DNA of 64,000 nucleotides from Eledone cirrhosa (lineage: Eukaryota): contig OZ024743.1 of NCBI GenBank assembly GCA_964016885.1, forward strand, positions 208,816,001 to 208,880,000, in the 5' to 3' direction. The notes below the pieces were generated by a model. It ran no database searches. It saw nothing but the letters and a program-made list of their open reading frames with translations, and was not told the origin of the DNA. Position numbers and translations under genes: made by a program. Shown one piece after another: positions 57,601 to 64,000 of this stretch (the first letter of the stretch is position 1; each line of letters begins with the position of its first letter).

Positions 57601-60600
57601 AGATGAAAGCTCTTCACTCCATAAGATATACCACAGTTTACCATCCTATAGCCACGTATGAAAGCTCTTCACTCCATAAGATATACCACAGTTTACCATC
57701 CTATAGCCACACATGAAAGCTCTTCACTCCATAAGATATACACACAGTTTACCATCCTATAGCCACAGATGAAAGCTCTTCACTCCATAAGATATACCAC
57801 AGTTTACCATCCTATAGACACACATGAGAGCTCTTCACTCCATAACATATACCACAGTTTACCATCCTATAGACACACATGAAAGCTCTTCACTCCATAA
57901 GATATACCACAGTTTCCAGTCCTATAGCCACAGATGAAAGCTCTTCACTCCATAAAATATACCACAGTTTACCATCCTATAGCCACACATGAAATCCCTT
58001 CACTCCATAAGATATACCACAGTTTACCATCCTATAGCCACAGATGAAAGCTCTTCACTCCATAAGATATACCACAGTTTACCATCCTATAGCCAGATGA
58101 AAGCTCTTCACTCCATAAGATATACCACAGTTTACCATCCTATAGCCAGATGAAAGCTCTTCACTCCATAAGATATACCACAGTTTACCATCCTATAGGC
58201 ACACATGAAAGATCTTCACTCCATAAGATATACCACAGTTCACCATCCTATAACCATACATGAAAGCTCTTCACTCCATAAGATATACCACAGTTTACCA
58301 TCCTATAGCCACACATGGAAGCTCTTCACTCCATAAGATATACCACAGTTTACCATCCTATAGCCACAGATGAAAGCTCTTCACTCCATAAGATATACCT
58401 CAGTTTACCATCCTATAGTCACACATGAAAGCTCTTAACTCCATAAGATATACCACAGTTTACCATCCTATGGCCACAGATGAAAGCTCTTCACACCATA
58501 AGATATACCACAGTTTACCATCCTATAGCCACAGATGAAAGCTGTTCACTCCATAAAATATACCACAATTTACCATCCTATAGCCACACATGAAAGCTCT
58601 TCACTCCATAAGATATACCACAGTTTACCATCCTATAGCCACACATGGAAGCTCTTCACTCCATGAGATATACCACAGTTTACCATCCTATAGCCACACA
58701 TGAAAGCACTTCACCCCATAAGATATACCACAGTTTACCATCCTATAGCCACAGATGAAAGCTCTTCACTCCATAAGATATACCACAGTTTACCATCCTA
58801 TAGCCACAAATGAAAGCTCTTCAATCCATAAGATATACCAAAGTTTACCATCCTATAGCCAGATGAAAGCTCTTCACTCCATAAGATATACCACAGTTTA
58901 CCATCCTATAGCCAGATGAAAGTTCTTCACTCCATAAGATATACCATAGTTTACCATCCTATAGCCAGATGAAAGCTCTTCACTCCTTAAGATATACCAC
59001 AGTTTACCATCCTATAGCCACACATGAAAGCTCTTCACTCCATAAGATATACCACAGTTTACCATCCTATAGCCACAGATGAAAGCTCTTCACTCCATAA
59101 GATATACCACAGTTTACCATCCTATAGCCACACATGAAAGCTCTTCACTCCATAAGATATACCAGAGTTTACCATCCTATAGCCAGATGAAAGTTCTTCA
59201 CTCCATAAGATATACCACAGTCAACCATCCTATAGCCACACATGAAAGCTCTTCACTCCATAAGATATACCACAGTTTACCATCCTATAGCCACAGATGA
59301 AAGCTCTTCACTCCATAAGATATACCACAGTTTACCATCCTATAGCCAGATGAAAGCTCTTCACTCCATAAGATATACCACAATTTACCATCCTATAGCC
59401 ACGCATGAAAGCTCTTCACTCCATAAGATATACCACAGTTTACCATCCTATAGCCACACATGAAATTTCTTCACTCCATAAGATATACCACAGTTTACCA
59501 TTGTATAGCCTCAGATGAAAGCTCTTCACTCCATAAGATATACCACAGTTTACGATCCTATAGCCACAGATGAAAGCTCTTCACTCCATAACATATACCA
59601 CAGTTTACCATCCTATAGCCACACATGAGAGCTCTTCACTCCATGAGATATACCACAGTTTACGATCCTATAGCCACACATGAAAGCTCTTCACTCCATA
59701 AGATATACCACAGTTTACCATCCTATAGCCACACATGGAAGCTCTTCACTCCATGAGATATACCACAGTTTACCATCCTATAGCCACACATGAAAGCTCT
59801 TCACTCCATAAGATATACCACAGTTTACCATCCTATAGCCAGATGAAAGCTCTTCACTCCATAAGATATACCACAGTTTACCATCCTATGGCCACACATG
59901 AAAGCTCTTCACTCCATAAGATATAACACAGTTTACCATCCTATAGCCACAGATGAAAGTTCTTCACTCCATAAGATATACCAAAGTTTACCGTCCTATA
60001 GCCAGATGAAAGTTCTTCACTCCATAAGATATACCACAGTTTACCATCCTATAGCCAGATGAAAGCTCTTCACTCCATAAGATATACCACAGTTTACCAT
60101 CCTATAGCCACACATGAAAGCTCTTCACTCCATAAGATATAACACAGTTTACCATCCTATAGCCACAGATGAAAGTTCTTCACTCCATAAGATATACCAC
60201 AGTTTACCATCCTATAGCCACAGATGAAAGCTATTCACTCCATAAGATATACCACAGTTTACCATCCTATAGCCACACATGAGAGCTCTTCACTCCATAA
60301 GATATACCGCAGTTTACCATCCTATAGCCATACATGAAAGCTCTTCACTCCATAAGATATACCACAGTTTACCATCCTATAGCCACAGATGAAAGCTCTT
60401 CACTCCATAAGATATACCACAGTTTACCATCCTATAGCCACACATGAAAGTTCTTCACTCCATAAGATATACCACAGTTTACCATCCTATAGCCACACAT
60501 GAAAGCTCTTCACTCCATAAGATATACCACAGTTTACCATCCTATAGCCAGATGAAAGTTCTTCACTCCATAATATATACCACAGTCTACCATCCTATAG

Positions 60601-60989
60601 CCAGATGAAAGCTCTTCACTCCATAAGATATACCACAGTTTACCATCCTATAGCCACGTATGAAAGCTCTTCACTCCATAAGATATACCACAGTTTACCA
60701 TCCTATAGCCACACATGAAAGCTCTTCACTCCATAAGATATACACACAGTTTACCATCCTATAGCCACAGATGAAAGCTCTTCACTCCATAAGATATACC
60801 ACAGTTTACCATCCTATAGACACACATGAGAGCTCTTCACTCCATAACATATACCACAGTTTACCATCCTATAGACACACACGAGAGCTCTTCACTCCAT
60901 AAGATATACCACAGTTTACCATCCTATAGCCACACATGAGAGCTCTTCACTCCATAAAATATACCACAGTTTACCATCCTATAGCCACA

Positions 60990-63120
60990 CATGAAAGCTC
61001 TTCACTCCATAAGATATACCACAGTTTACCATCCTATAGCCACAGATGAAAGCTCTTCACTCCATAAGATATACCACAGTTTACCATCCTATAGCCAGAT
61101 GAAAGCTCTTCACTCCATAAGATATACCACAGTTTACCATCCTATAGCCACGCATGAAAGCTCTTCACTCCATAAGATATACCACAGTTTACCATCCTAT
61201 AGCCACACATGAAATCTCTTCACTCCATAAGATATACCACAGTTTACCATCCTATAGCCACAGATGAAAGCTCTTCACTCCATAAGATATACCACAGTTT
61301 ACGATCCTATAGCCACAGATAAAAGCTCTTCACTCCATAACATATACCACATTTTACCATCCTATAGCCACACATGAGAGCTCTTCACTCCATAAGATAT
61401 ACCACAGCTTACCATCCTATAGCCACACATGAAAGCTCTTCACTCCATAAGATATACCACAGTTTACCATCCTATAGCCAGATGAAAGCTTTTCACTCCA
61501 TAAGATATACCACAGTTTACCATCCTATAGCCACACATGAAAGATCTTCACTCCATAAGATATACCACAGTTCACCATCCTATAGCCACACATGAAATCT
61601 CTTCACTCCATAAGATATACCACAGTTTACCATCCTATAGCCACAGATGAAAGCTCTTCACTCCATAAGATTTACCTCAGTTTACCATCCTATAGTCACA
61701 CATGAAAGCTCTTAACTCCATAAGATATACCACAGTTTACCATCCTATGGCCACAGATGAAAGCTCTTCACACCATAAGATATACCACAGTTTACCATCC
61801 TATAGCCACATATGAAAGCTCTTCACTCCATAAGATATACCACAGTTTACCATCCTATGGCCACACATGAAAGCTCTTCACTCAATAAGATATACCATTG
61901 TTTACCATACTATAGCCACAAATGAAAGCTCTTCACTCCATAAGATATACCAAAGTTTACCGTCCTATAGCCTGATGAAAGTTCTTCACTCCATAAGATA
62001 TACCACAGTTTACCATCCTATAGCCAGATGAAAGCTCTTCACTCCATAAGATATACCACAGTTTCCAGTCCTATAGCCACAGATGAAAGCTCTTCACTCC
62101 ATAAGATATACCACAGCTTACCATCCTATAGCCCCACATGAAAGCTCTTCACTCCATAAGATATACCACAGTTTACCATCCTATAGCCACAGATGAAAGC
62201 TCTTCACTCCATAAGATATACCACAGTTTACCATCCTGTAGCCAGATGAAAGCTCTTCACTCCATAAGATATACCACAGTTTACCATCCTATAGCCACGC
62301 ATGAAAGCTCTTCACTCCATAAGATATACCACAGTTTACCATCCTATAGCCACACATGAAATCTCTTCACTCCATAAGATATACCACAGTTTACCATCCT
62401 ATAGCCACAGATGAAAGCTCTTCACTCCATAAGATATACCACAGTTTACGATCCTATAGCCACAGATAAAAGCTCTTCACTCCATAACATATACCACAGT
62501 TTACCATCCTATAGCCACACATGAGAGCTCTTCACTCCATAAGATATACCACAGCTTACCATCCTATAGCCACACATGAAAGCTCTTCACTCCATAAGAT
62601 ATACCACAGTTTACCATCCTATAGCCAGATGAAAGCTTTTCACTCCATAAGATATACCACAGTTTACCATCCTATAGCCACACATGAAAGATCTTCACTC
62701 CATAAGATATACCACAGTTCACCATCCTATAGCCACACATGAAAGCTCTTCACTCCATAAGATATACCACAGTTTACCATCCTATAGCCACAGATGAAAG
62801 CTCTTCACTCCATAAGATATACCTCAGTTTACCATCCTATAGTCACACATGAAAGCTCTTAACTCCATAAGATATACCACAGTTTACCATCCTATAGCCA
62901 CATATGAAAGCTCTTCACTCCATAAGATATACCACAGTTTACCATCCTATGGCCACACATGAAAGCTCTTCACTCAATAAGATATACCACTGTTTACCAT
63001 ACTATAGCCACAAATGAAAGCTCTTCACTCCATAAGATATACCAAAGTTTACCGTCCTATAGCCAGATGAAAGTTCTTCACTCCATAAGATATACCACAG
63101 TTTACCATCCTATAGCCAGA
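60990..63120. repeat. Tandem duplication, period 1147 bp then 1092 bp
   Basis: ORF pairs 60991/62138 and 61374/62521 (offset 1147). The CTCAATAAG...CCATACTATAG monomer lies at 61881/62973 (offset 1092, one monomer fewer). Confidence 0.85.
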
Positions 63121-64000
63121 TGAAAGCTCTTCACTCCATAAGATATACCGCAGTTTACCATCTTATAGCCACACATGAAAGCTCTTCGCTCCATAAGATA
63201 TAACACAATTTACCATCCTATAGCCACAGATGAAAGTTCTTCACTCCATAACATATACCACAGTTTACCATCCTATAGCCACAGATGAAAGCTCTTCACT
63301 CCATAAGATATACCACAGTTTACCATCCTATAGCCACACATGAGAGCTCTTCACTCCATAAGATATACCACAGTTTACCATCCTTAGCCATACATGAAAG
63401 CTCTTCACTCCATAAGATATACCACAGTTTACCATCCTATAGCCACAGATGAAAGCTCTTCACTCCATAAGATATACCACAATTTACCATCCTATAGCCA
63501 CACATGAAAGCTCTTCACTCCATAAGATATACCACAGTTTACCATCCTATAGCCAGATGAAAGTTCTTCACTCCATAAGATATACCACAGTTTACCATCC
63601 TATAGCCACACATGAAAGCTCTTCACTCCATAAGATATACCACAGTTTACCATCCTATAGCCAGATGAAAGTTCTTCACTCCATAAGATATACCACAGTC
63701 TACCATCCTATAGCCAGATGAAAGCTCTTCACTCCATAAGATATACCACAGTTTACCATCCTATAGCCATGCATGAAAGCTCTTCACTCCATAAGATATA
63801 CCACAGTTTACCATCCTATAGTCACACAGGAAAGCTCTTCGCTCCATAAGATATAACACAGTTTACCATCCTATAGCCACAGATGAAAGTTCTTCACTCC
63901 ATAAGATATACCACAGTTTACCGTCCTATAGCCACAGATGAAAGCTCTTCACTCCATAAGATATACCACAGTTTACCATCCTATAGCCACACATGAAAGC

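Larger units (their letters stand above)
1..64000. repeat. 55-bp tandem satellite array (about 1,170 monomers, estimate), running off both ends of the window
   Basis: Every line is a phase-shifted copy of ATGAAAGCTCTTCACTCCATAAGATATACCACAGTTTACCATCCTATAGCCACA(C/G). Most monomers differ from consensus by 0-3 bases. All are in one orientation, and I found no non-repeat insert. Confidence 0.99.

Noticed and set aside
394-63721. More than 100 short + strand ORFs (63-129 aa, 'MKALHSIRYTTVYHPIATHESSSLHKIYHSLPSYS...') as a His/Ser/Tyr-rich peptide gene family
   Set aside because: Nearly every monomer starts with ATG, and 55 is not a multiple of 3, so a stop is normally reached within about two monomers. 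ORFs pass the length cutoff only where a length variant resets the phase (55+53 = 108). The same DNA is read in different frames within one ORF, frameshifting variants are freely tolerated, and there is no non-repeat promoter or UTR sequence.
1-64000. CRISPR array or other repeat-spacer or variable-cassette system
   Set aside because: Monomers abut directly with no unique spacers. Variation is limited to scattered substitutions and small indels, and there is no leader, cas gene, recombinase or reverse transcriptase in the window.
1-64000. One giant repetitive protein or a programmed-frameshift gene on either strand
   Set aside because: The + strand has TGA, TAA and TAG in the consensus monomer and the - strand has all three as well. 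The frame shifts at each unit, so no long frame survives. The track lists no - strand ORF.
1-64000. Strict fixed-period higher-order repeat like primate alpha satellite
   Set aside because: Duplication periods differ (1147, 1869, 2292, 2674, 2832, 3229 and 3501 bp) and each has only 2-4 copies. The order is locally conserved but globally aperiodic.
1-64000. Tandem tRNA, 5S, snRNA, spliced-leader or ribozyme array, or telomeric repeat
   Set aside because: I see no cloverleaf, A/B boxes or convincing hairpin. With only 5-6 G per monomer on the + strand, pairing potential is low. There are no GGG runs on either strand of the consensus and no canonical telomere motif. An Rfam/Infernal scan was not run.
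1-64000. TATA-like motifs (GATATAC, CCTATAG) as promoters
   Set aside because: These are short AT motifs inherent to the monomer. They do not match TATAWAW and have no downstream gene.
1-64000. Rolling-circle or sequencing concatemer artefact as the origin of the whole array
   Set aside because: Variants are inherited in nested, ordered blocks over tens of kb, which random read error on a single template would not produce. Individual duplications could still be assembly errors.

Overview
The whole 64 kb window is one uninterrupted head-to-tail satellite array with no inversions and no unique sequence. The monomer is 55 bp, consensus ATGAAAGCTCTTCACTCCATAAGATATACCACAGTTTACCATCCTATAGCCACA(C/G), about 40% GC and CpG-free. 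I estimate roughly 1,170 copies. There is a common 53-bp length variant and rarer 54, 56, 60 and 62-bp variants. I can support no gene, RNA gene, CRISPR array or mobile element, and every ORF in the track is an artefact of the monomer's ATG and its phase. I cannot name the satellite family or the organism; a eukaryotic origin is only an inference. I see no evidence of a new encoded biological system. What the window does hold is a readable record of array evolution. Diagnostic monomer variants occur in fixed orders (irregular higher-order cassettes). There are nested near-identical tandem duplications of 163 bp to 3.5 kb and collinear paralogous blocks 6.6, 13.3, 16.9 and 29-33 kb apart. One duplication junction can be mapped inside a single chimeric monomer. 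Duplication boundaries were read by eye and are accurate to about 1-2 monomers.
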